Shown one piece after another: positions 34,291 through 44,014 of a stretch of DNA of 64,000 nt. Source of the DNA: Bacillales bacterium UBA1188 (GTDB lineage: Bacteria; Bacillota_I; Bacilli_A; Izemoplasmatales; UBA1188); contig DBYK01000001.1 in NCBI GenBank assembly GCA_002310135.1, positions 367,949 to 431,948 on the forward strand, read 5' to 3'. The notes beneath the pieces are model-generated. The model was not told the origin of the DNA, did no database searches, and worked only from the letters and a program-made list of their open reading frames with translations. Position 1 is the stretch's first letter. Every line of letters begins with the position of its first letter. A program made the translations under genes and the position numbers.

Positions 34291-34470
34291 ATGCGTCATA
34301 AACAAATTGAAGGCGAAATAAAATATAGGTTTGCATGTCTTCTTCTAAATCAAATGCTTAAAGATAAATTTATAACAAAAGATGAACTTATATCATTTAA
34401 GAAAAAGCTCATTAAAAAATATAAACCTATAATTAGTGTGTTGGAGGAAATCGATGAAAAAGATAATTAA
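34291..34470 (+). CDS. small 59-aa protein preceding the recombinase gene
   Basis: ATG 34291 behind AGGAGG. MRHKQIEGEIKYRFACLLLNQMLKDKFITKDELISFKKKLIKKYKPIISVL. As I recall, similar small genes often precede large serine recombinases in Clostridia. Confidence 0.5.
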   Translation: MRHKQIEGEIKYRFACLLLNQMLKDKFITKDELISFKKKLIKKYKPIISVLEEIDEKDN

Positions 34471-35307
34471 AGAAATTACTCCAATAAAGAAAAAGGTTGA
34501 AAATGCACCTACTAAAAAACGAGTCGCAGCATATGCTAGAGTATCAACAGATTAGGATGAACAATTTACTTCATACGAAGCTCAAATTGATTATTACACT
34601 AAATACATCAAAGCCAATGATGAATGGGAATTAGTACAAGCTGAACTTGAACTTAATAATCAAGTAGAAGTCGTGGAAACAACGTATTATGCGGTAGAGT
34701 CATATGCGCCGATTGTGGTTCTATATATGGACCTAAGGTATGGCATTCAAATGATATCTATAGACATGTCGTATGGCAATGTAATAATAAGTTTAACGGA
34801 ACTAAATGCACTACTCCTACTCTTGATGAAGAAACAATTAAAAATGCCTATTTAAAAGCATTAAACATCCTTCTAAAAGATAAAGAACTTCTTATTTCAA
34901 ATCTTCTTCTAGTAAAAGAAAAACTACTAGATGTTAATCTATCCAAGCCTATGGAACAAGCCAAGAATGAAATGCTAGTAGTTAGTGGTTTATGTGACCA
35001 ACACATCTTCAACAAAGAAAAGAAACAAATGAAATATGAGGCTTACATGGAAGAATATGTAGATCTGGTTAAAAGATTTACTGAAGCTCAGGATAAATAC
35101 AATAAGCTTATGGCTGAACAAGTCGATAGAAATAGACAATCAATTAAGCTTCAAGCATTCATCAATGAGATTAAAGCTACCAATACACTTAATTTAGAAT
35201 TTAACGATAAACTCTTCAATTTAACAATCATCAACATAAAAGTATATAAAGATAGCCACCACGAATTCAATTTCAAAGATGGCTCAACAATAAACATTGA
35301 TATTTGA
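34454..35307 (+). pseudogene. large serine recombinase, disrupted (in-frame TAG at 34553-34555 plus internal deletion/frameshift)
   Basis: N-terminus reads MKKIIKEITPIKKK..RVAAYARVSTD*DEQFTSYEAQIDYY. After ~34640 the Zn-ribbon/coiled-coil C-terminus continues in another frame (CGRVICADCGSIYGPKVWHSN..WQCNNKFNGTKC...). The central catalytic and recombinase domains are missing. Confidence 0.8.
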
Positions 35308-35400
35308 TTACCCTAGTTAGTAGCTAGGGCTATTTTTTATAATACAATTAAAAAGACTCACCACATTTAGAAATTAATCTATTTGCAGTGAGTCATTTTT

Positions 35401-35904
35401 TTAATTATCATCCTTGTCCCATCTATATTTAGGATTATTTTTTCTTTTTTCTTTAAACCAAGATAATCTTTCATTAAATGACATCATATATTCACTAGGC
35501 TTTTCATCAGGCATATCTTCAAACCCAGTATCTTCCCAACCGCAAACTGGGCATATATCAGATGATAATTCATCAGCAAATTCATATTCTCCACAAACAG
35601 GACATTTATGTGGCGTTGGTTCAGGCATATGTTCTTCAAAATAATCATAGTTTGGGTTTTCTTTAATTTTGTTATCAAACCATTCCTTATATTCATTAAC
35701 TGACATTTCATTGAATCCTTCTTTAGAATCAGGATTTTCAGCTTGATGCAGATCATAAATCCATCCGCAATGCCCACATTGTACTTCACCACTTAAATAT
35801 TCTTCTAAATCTTCATCGAATGAATTTTTATTTGGCCCTGAAAAATACATGCCATCGCAGACAGGACACATCATTGGTTTAAATTTTTTATTTATTTTAT
35901 CCAT
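35401..35904 (-). CDS. cysteine-rich CPCC-family protein (two tandem Zn-ribbon modules)
   Basis: CPVCDGMYF...CGHCGWIYD and CPVCGEYEF...CPVCGWEDTGFED. The second matches the CPCC-domain pattern. Confidence 0.7.
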   Translation of the reverse strand: MDKINKKFKPMMCPVCDGMYFSGPNKNSFDEDLEEYLSGEVQCGHCGWIYDLHQAENPDSKEGFNEMSVNEYKEWFDNKIKENPNYDYFEEHMPEPTPHKCPVCGEYEFADELSSDICPVCGWEDTGFEDMPDEKPSEYMMSFNERLSWFKEKRKNNPKYRWDKDDN

Positions 35905-36050
35905 TTCTTTTCTCCTTTCTTAGAAATATACCACGTGCTCTTACCATAATGCCTATATGACACTATATAGCCATCTTTTGTAACTTCTACCAACACATTG
36001 GTCTTAGGATTATATTTATATGTTGTGCCATTTTTATCAATAATAGTCAT
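35892..36050 (-). CDS. candidate 52-aa ORF overlapping the start of the CPCC gene
   Basis: MTIIDKNGTTYKYNPKTNVLVEVTKDGYIVSYRHYGKSTWYISKKGEKKWIK. Below the track's size cut-off. Its 3' end contains the RBS and ATG of the next gene. Confidence 0.35.
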   Translation of the reverse strand: MTIIDKNGTTYKYNPKTNVLVEVTKDGYIVSYRHYGKSTWYISKKGEKKWIK

Positions 36051-36052
36051 CT

Positions 36053-36098
36053 CGAATTCAATTTCAAAGATGGCTCAGTAATAAATATTGAACTCTAG
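36053..36098 (+). pseudogene. orphan 3' fragment of a second large serine recombinase gene
   Basis: 25 nt are identical to 35262-35286 (cgaattcaatttcaaagatggctca). It ends in a stop and a similar terminator hairpin (ctctag...ctagag TTTTTT). Confidence 0.6.
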
Positions 36099-36117
36099 TT
36101 TAGCAGGCTAGAGTTTT

Positions 36118-36984
36118 TTATTGTAAAAAATACTTATTCTCAAACTCTTTATAATAATTCACAAGATTATTATTGCCATTTACTATATTTAGTGTCATTG
36201 GAATTAAATCTTCCCAATATAGCGAGACAACATTGGATAATGAATCATTCGCATCTTTAATTGCATTTTGTAATTCATCATAAGTCCCTTGATTATTCTT
36301 CATTGTAATAAAAAAACAATAATCACCTTTAATTGAATTACCATAAACCATATTTCTATATGCCTGATAATGCTTACTCATAAAAATTTTCCAGTTATCA
36401 GATTCTAAAATAAATTTAAGGTTTGTTCCATTTTCGATAAGTGGCTTATAAATATCATTAAATGTTTTGAATGGTTTACTTGCTGTTGTTTTTGTTTCTA
36501 TGTCTTTTTCTGTATATTTAATCTCAAAATAGTAATTATGACCTTCTTCATCTTCACAATAAAAATCAAAATTAGTACTATTAGGAATTAATACTTTTTC
36601 AAATTCATGTTTTCTTATTTTAATATTCTTTTTTAAGATATATGCTAGTAAAGCATTTAAATACTCATAATCATTGTTTAATAGTATTGCAAAGAAATTA
36701 ATACACATAGTTTGGCTTGAATTCAAATGATGCCAATAACTATGCCTTTTAATTTTTGATGATTCTGTTTTTGCTTCATCGCACATATAATTTCTTAATT
36801 TTACTTCTAAAGGTTCAGGAAGGATATGTTCATATTCTCCATGATCAATAAATTCTTTTGTTTTTTTATTATATGTTATAAAATGACCACAACCATCAAT
36901 GTCTAATTTTTGTTTTTTATAATCAACAAGATGACGAATAATAGTATCATTAAAGTTGTTTATATTCTTGCTATCTTTATTCAA
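36118..36984 (-). CDS. hypothetical protein with PD-(D/E)XK nuclease-like motif
   Basis: 288 aa. FDFYCEDEEGHNYYFEIKY gives a D...ExK pattern, and HHLNSSQTMCINFF lies upstream. Family not recognised. Confidence 0.55.
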   Translation of the reverse strand: MNKDSKNINNFNDTIIRHLVDYKKQKLDIDGCGHFITYNKKTKEFIDHGEYEHILPEPLEVKLRNYMCDEAKTESSKIKRHSYWHHLNSSQTMCINFFAILLNNDYEYLNALLAYILKKNIKIRKHEFEKVLIPNSTNFDFYCEDEEGHNYYFEIKYTEKDIETKTTASKPFKTFNDIYKPLIENGTNLKFILESDNWKIFMSKHYQAYRNMVYGNSIKGDYCFFITMKNNQGTYDELQNAIKDANDSLSNVVSLYWEDLIPMTLNIVNGNNNLVNYYKEFENKYFLQ

Positions 36985-37100
36985 CTATAATCATCTCCTT
37001 TTTACTATTATAACTTTATAAATCAAAGCGATTTAATCTACATATATTATACCATAATTTACATGACGAATAATATCACTGGTTCTAGATTCTGTCTCGT

Positions 37101-37148
37101 TTGTCACACTAGTCACGTGTCACGTGGGGGTATACTTATAAAAATATA
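37101..37148. repeat. right inverted repeat (GTCAC-rich)
   Basis: ttgtcacactagtcacgtgtcacgtgggggtatacttataaaaatata. Partner of 32659-32704. Confidence 0.6.
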
Positions 37149-37367
37149 TATTCTTATATATGCCTGTATATAGTAAGTAGTAGTTTAACAATTATTAGTA
37201 GTATAACGATTTATATTTATATATATTATTGTTGTTATAGATATATCTACTACTTTTTCTATTTCTAAGGCCAAAATACCAATAAAATCATATATATTTG
37301 CAGTATTTATACCTATATAAAGAAAAAAAACAGCCAATATTTTGGTATTGACTGTACTTAACTCTAA

Positions 37368-37452
37368 TGGTGGAAAGAGATGGATTCGAACCATCGAACT
37401 CGTAGAGAGTGGATTTACAGTCCACCGCGTTTAGCCTCTTCGCTATCTTTCC
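37368..37452 (-). tRNA. tRNA-Tyr (GUA), long variable arm
   Basis: Acceptor GGAAAGA/TCTTTCC, anticodon arm GTGGA-CTGTAAA-TCCAC, variable arm TCTCTACGAGTTC, T arm GATGG-TTCGAAT-CCATC, A73, CCA. Confidence 0.9.
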
Positions 37453-37527
37453 ATTTTCACGGCTTAATTATTATATCATAATAAATGAGACTTTATCAAG
37501 ATATTTTTTAATTAAGCTGTGGAAGTT

Positions 37528-38514
37528 TTATTTATCAATAATTTGGATATTAAATCTACCCGCAAGTCGCCAAATTGGAATAATAGATATGAAGGCTTCT
37601 GGATCATATTTTTTAACAATACTTACGTAGTGATTGCATTCATATTTTTGTACTACAACATTCAATATTTTCTTCTTGTTTCCTGTGAATTCGCCTACAG
37701 CGTCAAAAGTTGTTAGGCCATGAGGAAGCTCTCTTAAAAGAGCTTTTGAAAGGAAATCTCCGTTCTCTGTGATGATTTCAATTTTAACTTTATTATATGA
37801 TGTGTGAACGAAATCTAAGACAGTAGATGCTAATGCGAATGATGTTAGAGTATATAAAGCTGTAGAAATGGCGCTTCCTATTGCGGTTGAACTTGTATTT
37901 GATACAAAGAAACTAAATAAAGCACCGAGTAAAACTATTATAGAACTGATGATTAGGTTTATAACTCCTACAGATTTATCTTTTTTAATGTTTAAATATT
38001 GACATAAAGTGATGATGCCACCAGATGTTGCACCACGTCTCATCATAAGTCCGTTAGACAATCCACCAATTACCGCACTTACAATTGCACATGACATAAT
38101 ATCATATGTTCCATCTGCGTGTTTGAATATTCCAAAACCAATCCAAAAAGAAGGAAAACATAATACTATTGTTTGAACTATAGATGATATTAAAGTATAT
38201 ATTGCGTATTTTTTTGATAATTTAAAGAAGGCAAGTATATTAAATGGTAAAAGGAATAATAAATTAAGAATTCCTAAATATTGTGAAAAAGCATCCCATC
38301 CTTCTTTTCCGTGTATTAATAATCCTAAAAAATGGAGAACCAATTGCGCAATACCTGTCACACCTCCAGAATAAAGACCTACTGGATCTAGAAGAGTTAT
38401 TGTGGAAATAGATAAAAATGTGGACGCTATAACAACTATAATGATAGATGTAATAGTCGATAATTGACTGCTTTTTTTATTATCTTTAACAATTTTATTA
38501 ATATTTTCTGACAT
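37528..38514 (-). CDS. YitT-family membrane protein (DUF2179 C-terminal domain)
   Basis: GGVTGIAQL motif, polytopic N-terminus plus a soluble C-terminus. ATG 38514 sits behind AAGAGG; the track's TTG start at 38538 lies inside metG. Confidence 0.8.
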   Translation of the reverse strand: MSENINKIVKDNKKSSQLSTITSIIIVVIASTFLSISTITLLDPVGLYSGGVTGIAQLVLHFLGLLIHGKEGWDAFSQYLGILNLLFLLPFNILAFFKLSKKYAIYTLISSIVQTIVLCFPSFWIGFGIFKHADGTYDIMSCAIVSAVIGGLSNGLMMRRGATSGGIITLCQYLNIKKDKSVGVINLIISSIIVLLGALFSFFVSNTSSTAIGSAISTALYTLTSFALASTVLDFVHTSYNKVKIEIITENGDFLSKALLRELPHGLTTFDAVGEFTGNKKKILNVVVQKYECNHYVSIVKKYDPEAFISIIPIWRLAGRFNIQIIDK

Positions 38515-38515
38515 T

Positions 38516-40108
38516 TTATGCCTCTTTAGTGAGTTCAATGCTCATGCTTTCAATTAGTTCTTCTTTTGCCTGCTGTGGATTATTTTCTCTTAAAAATAAT
38601 GGCTTTTCTAAAGAAGAAACATTATATTCTTCTATTTCAAATAATTTAGGATTTAAAAGAGATGTAAATTCTTGATTTAATCCAAGAGCTTCATAAATTG
38701 ATGGAACACATTTAACTAATACTGGTTCATATAGAATTGTTTGAATTCTAATAGCTTCAAGAAGCATATATAACACAGCTTCAAGTTCATCCATTTCTTG
38801 ATTCTTAAAGAGAACCCATGGAGTTGTTTCATCTATTAATTTATTAGTACGTGATACAAATTTATTTAAATCTTGTAATGCTTTATCATATCTAAAATCA
38901 TATAGATCATCATGATACAACTTAATAGTTTCTATCATCACATTCTTCACATCTTTTAGATATATATTATTTGATTCTTTTTTATGAACCTTAGAATTAA
39001 AATATTTGTTCGCCATAGAAATTGTTCTAGATACTAAATTTCCAAAATCATTAACTAGATCAGAATTGTATCTAGATATAAAATCTTCAGGTGTAGAAAT
39101 GGTATCTGAAAGACTTGGGAATTCTCTTAAAATATAATATCTAAATGCATCAGAACCATATTTATCAACGAATGTCTTAGGATATATTACATTTCCTTTA
39201 GACTTACTCATCTTTTCGCCATACATTAAAATCCAGTTATGAGTATAAAGAGTAAAATTAATAGGAATATCAAGGCTCATTAGGAATATAGGCCAAAAGA
39301 TTGCGTGGAATCTTAAGATATCTTTTGCGACTACATGTACTACTTCAGAATTTAACCAATATTTTTGATACAAGCTATTATCTTCTTCTAAGAAATTAAG
39401 AGATGTTAAATAATTGAATAATGCATCTAGCCAAACATAAGCTATATGTTTAGGGTCTGATTTAATTGGAATGCCCCATTTAAAAGTTGAGCGAGATACT
39501 GATAAATCTTGTAGACCTTGTTTAATAAATGAAACAACTTCATTCTTTTTTCCTTCTGGAACTATAAATCTAGGATGTGTTTCAATATATTCTAGGAGCC
39601 TATCTTGATATTTAGATAATCTAAAGAAATATGAAGGTTCTTTTGCACTTATTACTTTTCTTCCGCAAGATGGGCATATTTTATCAGGACCAACTTCACT
39701 TTGAGTGTAGAATGTTTCACAATCAACACAATAAAGTCCATCATATTCACCTAAATAGATATCACCTTTTTTAATCATAAGTTCATATACTTCTTGAACT
39801 TGTTCAATATGATTTTTGTCTGTAGTTCTTACAAAATAATCATAATCGCAATCCAAATAATGCCATAAATCTTTGGCATTATTAGCTAATCTATCTGTAA
39901 ATTCTTGTGGATCTAAACCTTTTAGTGATGCATTCTTTTCTACTTTTTGACCATGTTCATCCATACCAGTTAAAAATCTAGTATCATAGCCCATGCTTCT
40001 TTTATATCTTTTTAAAGCATCACATAGAATAGTTGTTGATGAACTACCTATGTGAAGTCTTCCAGAAGAATAATATATTGGAGTTGTAATATAAAAGTTT
40101 TTCTTCAT
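38516..40108 (-). CDS. metG: methionine--tRNA ligase
   Basis: PIYYSSGRLHIGS (HIGH), Zn knuckle CVDC...CPSC, KMSKSKGN. Confidence 0.95.
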   Translation of the reverse strand: MKKNFYITTPIYYSSGRLHIGSSSTTILCDALKRYKRSMGYDTRFLTGMDEHGQKVEKNASLKGLDPQEFTDRLANNAKDLWHYLDCDYDYFVRTTDKNHIEQVQEVYELMIKKGDIYLGEYDGLYCVDCETFYTQSEVGPDKICPSCGRKVISAKEPSYFFRLSKYQDRLLEYIETHPRFIVPEGKKNEVVSFIKQGLQDLSVSRSTFKWGIPIKSDPKHIAYVWLDALFNYLTSLNFLEEDNSLYQKYWLNSEVVHVVAKDILRFHAIFWPIFLMSLDIPINFTLYTHNWILMYGEKMSKSKGNVIYPKTFVDKYGSDAFRYYILREFPSLSDTISTPEDFISRYNSDLVNDFGNLVSRTISMANKYFNSKVHKKESNNIYLKDVKNVMIETIKLYHDDLYDFRYDKALQDLNKFVSRTNKLIDETTPWVLFKNQEMDELEAVLYMLLEAIRIQTILYEPVLVKCVPSIYEALGLNQEFTSLLNPKLFEIEEYNVSSLEKPLFLRENNPQQAKEELIESMSIELTKEA

Positions 40109-40112
40109 AAAA

Positions 40113-40664
40113 TTACCTTAAAATAGATTTTTCAACCTTAATTCTATCTTCTTTTCCTTTTAAATATTCTAATATTGCAAGACCAAATTCAATTGAATAG
40201 TTCATGCTTCTTCCTGTAATTACATTATTTGATACAACAAAACTTTTACCTTTTTGATATTTTCCATCAGTGATTTTTTCCTCAAACCCATCATAGCAGG
40301 TATATTTATTGTCACCTATTACACCTGCCTTTGATAAAACTGTAGGACCAGCACAAATAGCTGAAACAAATTTTTTATTATCATTAAATTTTTTGATGAT
40401 TGATAATAATTCTTTTGATTCAAGCATAGCGTTTACGCCTTTTAGGCCACCTGGGATAATGAGCCCATAAGCATCATCAATCAGTTCATCACTAAAATTA
40501 TCAATAGTCATATCAGCTTTAATTATGAGTCCATGGCTTAAAGTTACAAATAAATCATCAATAGAAACTAAAAGTACATCAATTTTTCCTCTTTTTAAAA
40601 CATCTACAGTAGTTACAAGCTCAGAATCTTCGCTTCCGTTTGCGACAAATGCGTATACTTTCAT
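40113..40664 (-). CDS. DJ-1/PfpI family protein
   Basis: 183 aa with nucleophile elbow SAICAGP. Confidence 0.85.
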   Translation of the reverse strand: MKVYAFVANGSEDSELVTTVDVLKRGKIDVLLVSIDDLFVTLSHGLIIKADMTIDNFSDELIDDAYGLIIPGGLKGVNAMLESKELLSIIKKFNDNKKFVSAICAGPTVLSKAGVIGDNKYTCYDGFEEKITDGKYQKGKSFVVSNNVITGRSMNYSIEFGLAILEYLKGKEDRIKVEKSILR

Positions 40665-41503
40665 TTTTTACACCTCAAATATTCATTATATAATTCACTA
40701 GATTTAATTCCAGTAGTCTTAGATAACATCTTAGTGGCTTCTTTTAGTGAAAAGCCATCGTTTATTATTTTAGTCAATTCTAAAATAATATCAACATCTT
40801 TTTTAATGGTTTCTTTCCTTCCTTCAACAATTAATACCATTTCACCTTTTAAATCTTTAGGGAATGATTCATATTCACTTAAATTAAATTCTATAGTTTC
40901 TTCATATAGCTTTGTGATTTCTCTTGTGAGAGTTGCGTTTCTTTCTCCAAATATTTTAAACATAAGTTCTATTGTTGAATTTATTCTTAAAGGAGATTCA
41001 TAAAAACATATTGAGAAAGGATAATCTTTTAAAGATTCAAGTTCACTTTTTTTCTTGCTAATCTTATGATCTAGAAAACCATAAAACAGGTATGGTTTTA
41101 TAGGCATCCCAGACATAATCATCGCAGAAACTTGGGCAGAAGGTCCAGGAATTGGTGTTACTTTAATCCCTAAATCTAGGGATTTCCTCACAAGTTCATA
41201 ACCAGGGTCAGAAATTACTGGAGTTCCTGCATCACTTATTAAACCAACAGTATTATTATTCTTTAATAAAGAGATAATATAATCTTCTTTTTCACCTTTT
41301 GAATAATCATGAAAAGAATCAAGAGTTCTATCAATATTATATTCTTTTAATAATTTTTTTGTTACTCTTGTATCTTCACAAAAAAGATAATCCACATTCT
41401 TAATAACCTCAATCGCTCTAAATGTGATATCTTTTAGATTTCCTATTGGTGATGATATTAGGAATAATTCACCTTTATTTATATATTCACTTGATCTCTT
41501 CAT
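40661..41503 (-). CDS. rsmI: 16S rRNA (cytidine1402-2'-O)-methyltransferase
   Basis: LFLISSPIGNLKDITFRA and EDTR motifs. Position matches yabC in the B. subtilis tmk-holB-yaaT-yabB-yabC order. Confidence 0.85.
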   Translation of the reverse strand: MKRSSEYINKGELFLISSPIGNLKDITFRAIEVIKNVDYLFCEDTRVTKKLLKEYNIDRTLDSFHDYSKGEKEDYIISLLKNNNTVGLISDAGTPVISDPGYELVRKSLDLGIKVTPIPGPSAQVSAMIMSGMPIKPYLFYGFLDHKISKKKSELESLKDYPFSICFYESPLRINSTIELMFKIFGERNATLTREITKLYEETIEFNLSEYESFPKDLKGEMVLIVEGRKETIKKDVDIILELTKIINDGFSLKEATKMLSKTTGIKSSELYNEYLRCKK

Positions 41504-42239
41504 TTTCTTCACCATAATGGAAATATTCTAATACTTCCTTAGAATATTCGGATTTTTCATTATAAATATATAGAGGTTCTTCTATTTTAAAGCCATGAGT
41601 AGGAGCATTTTTAACTGCCTCTATTAAAAAAATATAAGAATCTTTCTTCATCTTAGGATAGACAAATCTTACTCTTTTTGGGGTTAATTTATTATTATTT
41701 AATAATTCAAGAGTTTCTAAAAATCTTTCAGTTTTTTGAACTAGATTGATTGAACCGCCATCAATTAAAAGATATGATGCAACCTTGATTATATCTTCCA
41801 TATTTATTAAAACTTCATGCCTTGCGATTAAAAGGCTCGGATTAGCATTTTTAAGCGCTGTATCATTCAATCTGAAATATGGAGGGTTTGAAACAACTGT
41901 TGAAAAAGAATGTTTAGGAAATATCTCAGGTAAATCTTTAATATCCATATTCAATATTTCTATTTGATTTGTTAATTTATTAAGCTCTACGCTTCTTTTA
42001 GCTCTTATGGATGCATCTTCTTGTATTTCAACACCATAAATTTTTGATTTAGTAAACATAGATAAGTAAAGTGGGATTGCACCTGAACCTGTGCCAAGAT
42101 CGATGATACCTTTTTCTTTTTTCTTAAGCTTGATAAAGAAAGAAAGGAGGCATGAGTCAATAGAATAACTATACGCATCCTTATCTTGTATTATTTTAAG
42201 TGAATTTTTATAAGCTAAAATTGTGTCGATTTTTTCCAT
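41487..42239 (-). CDS. class I SAM-dependent methyltransferase (TrmN6/YabB-like, NPPY)
   Basis: DLGTGSGAI (motif I), SNPPYF (motif IV). Confidence 0.75.
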   Translation of the reverse strand: MEKIDTILAYKNSLKIIQDKDAYSYSIDSCLLSFFIKLKKKEKGIIDLGTGSGAIPLYLSMFTKSKIYGVEIQEDASIRAKRSVELNKLTNQIEILNMDIKDLPEIFPKHSFSTVVSNPPYFRLNDTALKNANPSLLIARHEVLINMEDIIKVASYLLIDGGSINLVQKTERFLETLELLNNNKLTPKRVRFVYPKMKKDSYIFLIEAVKNAPTHGFKIEEPLYIYNEKSEYSKEVLEYFHYGEENEEIK

Positions 42240-42240
42240 T

Positions 42241-43023
42241 TTATTGACTTAATTCTATTTCTTCTCCTGTATCCATCTTAATGGTTACAGTTCTACTATC
42301 GTTATCAATGTTCACAATAACGCCTTCACCATTTTCAAGTTTTACTTTTTCTCCTATACTTAATTCTTTCTTATCTCCATTATCTTTTGAATATAAGAAA
42401 TCTTCAAAAGAAATGCAGCATAATAATTTTCCACATAAACCTGAAATAGCGGTAGGGTTTAAAGATAAATTTTGGTTTTTAGCCATTTTAATTGTGACAT
42501 TTTGAATGTCGCCTAAAAACTTCTTGCAGCACACTTCCATACCACATATTCCAATGCCACCTATGATTCTTGATGCATCTCTTGGGCCAACTTGACGAAG
42601 TTCAATTCTTGTTTTATAGACTGAGGCTATTTCTTTAACTAATTCTCTGAAGTCTACTCTTCCTTCCGCACTGAAATAAACTAGTAGTTTAGTTCTATCT
42701 AAAGTATATTCACAGTCTAGAAATTTCATCTCAAGATTTGATTTATCTATTATTTCTTTAAGACCATTATATAATTCTGGTTTATCTCTTAAATTAGCTT
42801 CATAATCATCTAAATCTTTTTGAGTAGCCTTTCTTACAACGTTCTTAAGTTCACCTATTATTTCTTCTTCTTTAATCTCTTTATAACCTTGAGTAATAGT
42901 TCCTATTTCAAGACCTCTTATTGTGTCTACAACTACTTTATCTCCAATATTTAGATTTGTAATAGATCCGAAATAATACTTTTTATTGTTTCCTCTAAAG
43001 CTTACACCTACTACATTTGCCAT
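42241..43023 (-). CDS. ricT: PSP1-domain protein (RicT/YaaT-like)
   Basis: PSP1 C-terminal pattern with the CCKKF/CC cysteine cluster. Synteny after holB. Confidence 0.85.
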   Translation of the reverse strand: MANVVGVSFRGNNKKYYFGSITNLNIGDKVVVDTIRGLEIGTITQGYKEIKEEEIIGELKNVVRKATQKDLDDYEANLRDKPELYNGLKEIIDKSNLEMKFLDCEYTLDRTKLLVYFSAEGRVDFRELVKEIASVYKTRIELRQVGPRDASRIIGGIGICGMEVCCKKFLGDIQNVTIKMAKNQNLSLNPTAISGLCGKLLCCISFEDFLYSKDNGDKKELSIGEKVKLENGEGVIVNIDNDSRTVTIKMDTGEEIELSQ

Positions 43024-43027
43024 ATAT

Positions 43028-44011
43028 TTACCTCTTTATTCCCATCTCCATTTTTAGAAGTATTGTATCTAGATGAAGATGAAGATTAATAGCTCTTGAG
43101 TTATTTACATTTCTTTTTATCTCAAGTAAATCTTTGATATATGTACTAATCTTTTCCTTAGTATAATAACTCGCAAGAGCGATAATTCTATCTTTTTCAC
43201 TTATAAATTTAATATCATCATTTCCAATGAAAATATTCAATATATCCCTTAAATATATGATCATTAAACTGATGAAAAAATCTTGTTTAATATCACTATC
43301 TAAAAGGGAGTATTCTTCATTTAAGACTAAAATTATGGAATCATTTAATTCATATTTTTCACTAAACATATCTATAACTAAATTATAGATAGACATCATA
43401 TCTTCATCCCTGATAATCTCTCTTACTCTTTCTTCTTTTTGAGTATATTCTAAGATAGGATTTAAGATATAATCTGGATATTCACCCCTTAATTTTTCGT
43501 GTAATGCATTAATGTTTAGTGGTCTAAAGTTTATAAGCTGACATCTTGAAATGATTGTATCCAAAAGATTATTCAAATTCTCAATTAAAAATATAATATA
43601 TACATCATCTATTGGCTCTTCAACAAATTTCAAAAGGGCATTAGATGCATTGATATTTAAACTATCCGCATCTTCAAATATAAAAAACCTTGGCCCTTCT
43701 TCTAAAGATGTCTGATTAGATTCATAAATATATTCTCTTACCACATCTACGCTTGTGACTGTCTTCTTATCTTTTTTAATCCAAAAAACATTTAAAGAAG
43801 TTTCTTCATCTATTTTTTTAGACATATATGATTCTTCTAAAGATACATTAAGCCACTTCGCGTAAATCAATTTAATAAAATATTTAGCCATTTCTTTTTT
43901 AGATGAAGAACTATCACCATAAAAAATTAAGGCATGAGGAACATGCCCTTTTTTTATCATATTTGATAGTTGCCTATAAACTAATGGTTGTTCTTCTTCT
44001 AAATAATTCAT
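43028..44011 (-). CDS. holB: DNA polymerase III subunit delta'
   Basis: HALIFYG..., FEDAD, SRCQ motifs. Synteny after tmk. Confidence 0.8.
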   Translation of the reverse strand: MNYLEEEQPLVYRQLSNMIKKGHVPHALIFYGDSSSSKKEMAKYFIKLIYAKWLNVSLEESYMSKKIDEETSLNVFWIKKDKKTVTSVDVVREYIYESNQTSLEEGPRFFIFEDADSLNINASNALLKFVEEPIDDVYIIFLIENLNNLLDTIISRCQLINFRPLNINALHEKLRGEYPDYILNPILEYTQKEERVREIIRDEDMMSIYNLVIDMFSEKYELNDSIILVLNEEYSLLDSDIKQDFFISLMIIYLRDILNIFIGNDDIKFISEKDRIIALASYYTKEKISTYIKDLLEIKRNVNNSRAINLHLHLDTILLKMEMGIKR

Positions 44012-44014
44012 GAA

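Larger units (their letters stand above)
32659..37148. mobile_element. decayed integrative element bounded by ~46-bp imperfect inverted repeats, next to tRNA-Tyr
   Basis: Inverted repeats lie at 32659-32704 and 37101-37148. Inside are a nonsense/deletion-disrupted large serine recombinase plus a second recombinase 3' fragment. The 3' end of the tRNA-Tyr gene is 220 nt away. Confidence 0.4.

Noticed and set aside
35484-35792. 102-aa alternative-frame ORF inside the CPCC gene, and the antisense ORF at 35414-35644.
   Set aside because: The CPCC frame carries the conserved cysteine motifs. The other frames have none.
37321-37356. Terminator after tRNA-Tyr.
   Set aside because: The stem is only 4-5 bp and AT-rich (CAATA/TATTG or CCAA/TTGG) before the T-run. 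That is too weak to list as a feature, so it is mentioned only as part of the shared-module finding.
37185-37716. Three track ORFs (37185-37394, 37409-37630, 37519-37716).
   Set aside because: They overlap tRNA-Tyr, AT-rich spacer or the yitT 3' end on the wrong strand. None has an RBS or a motif.
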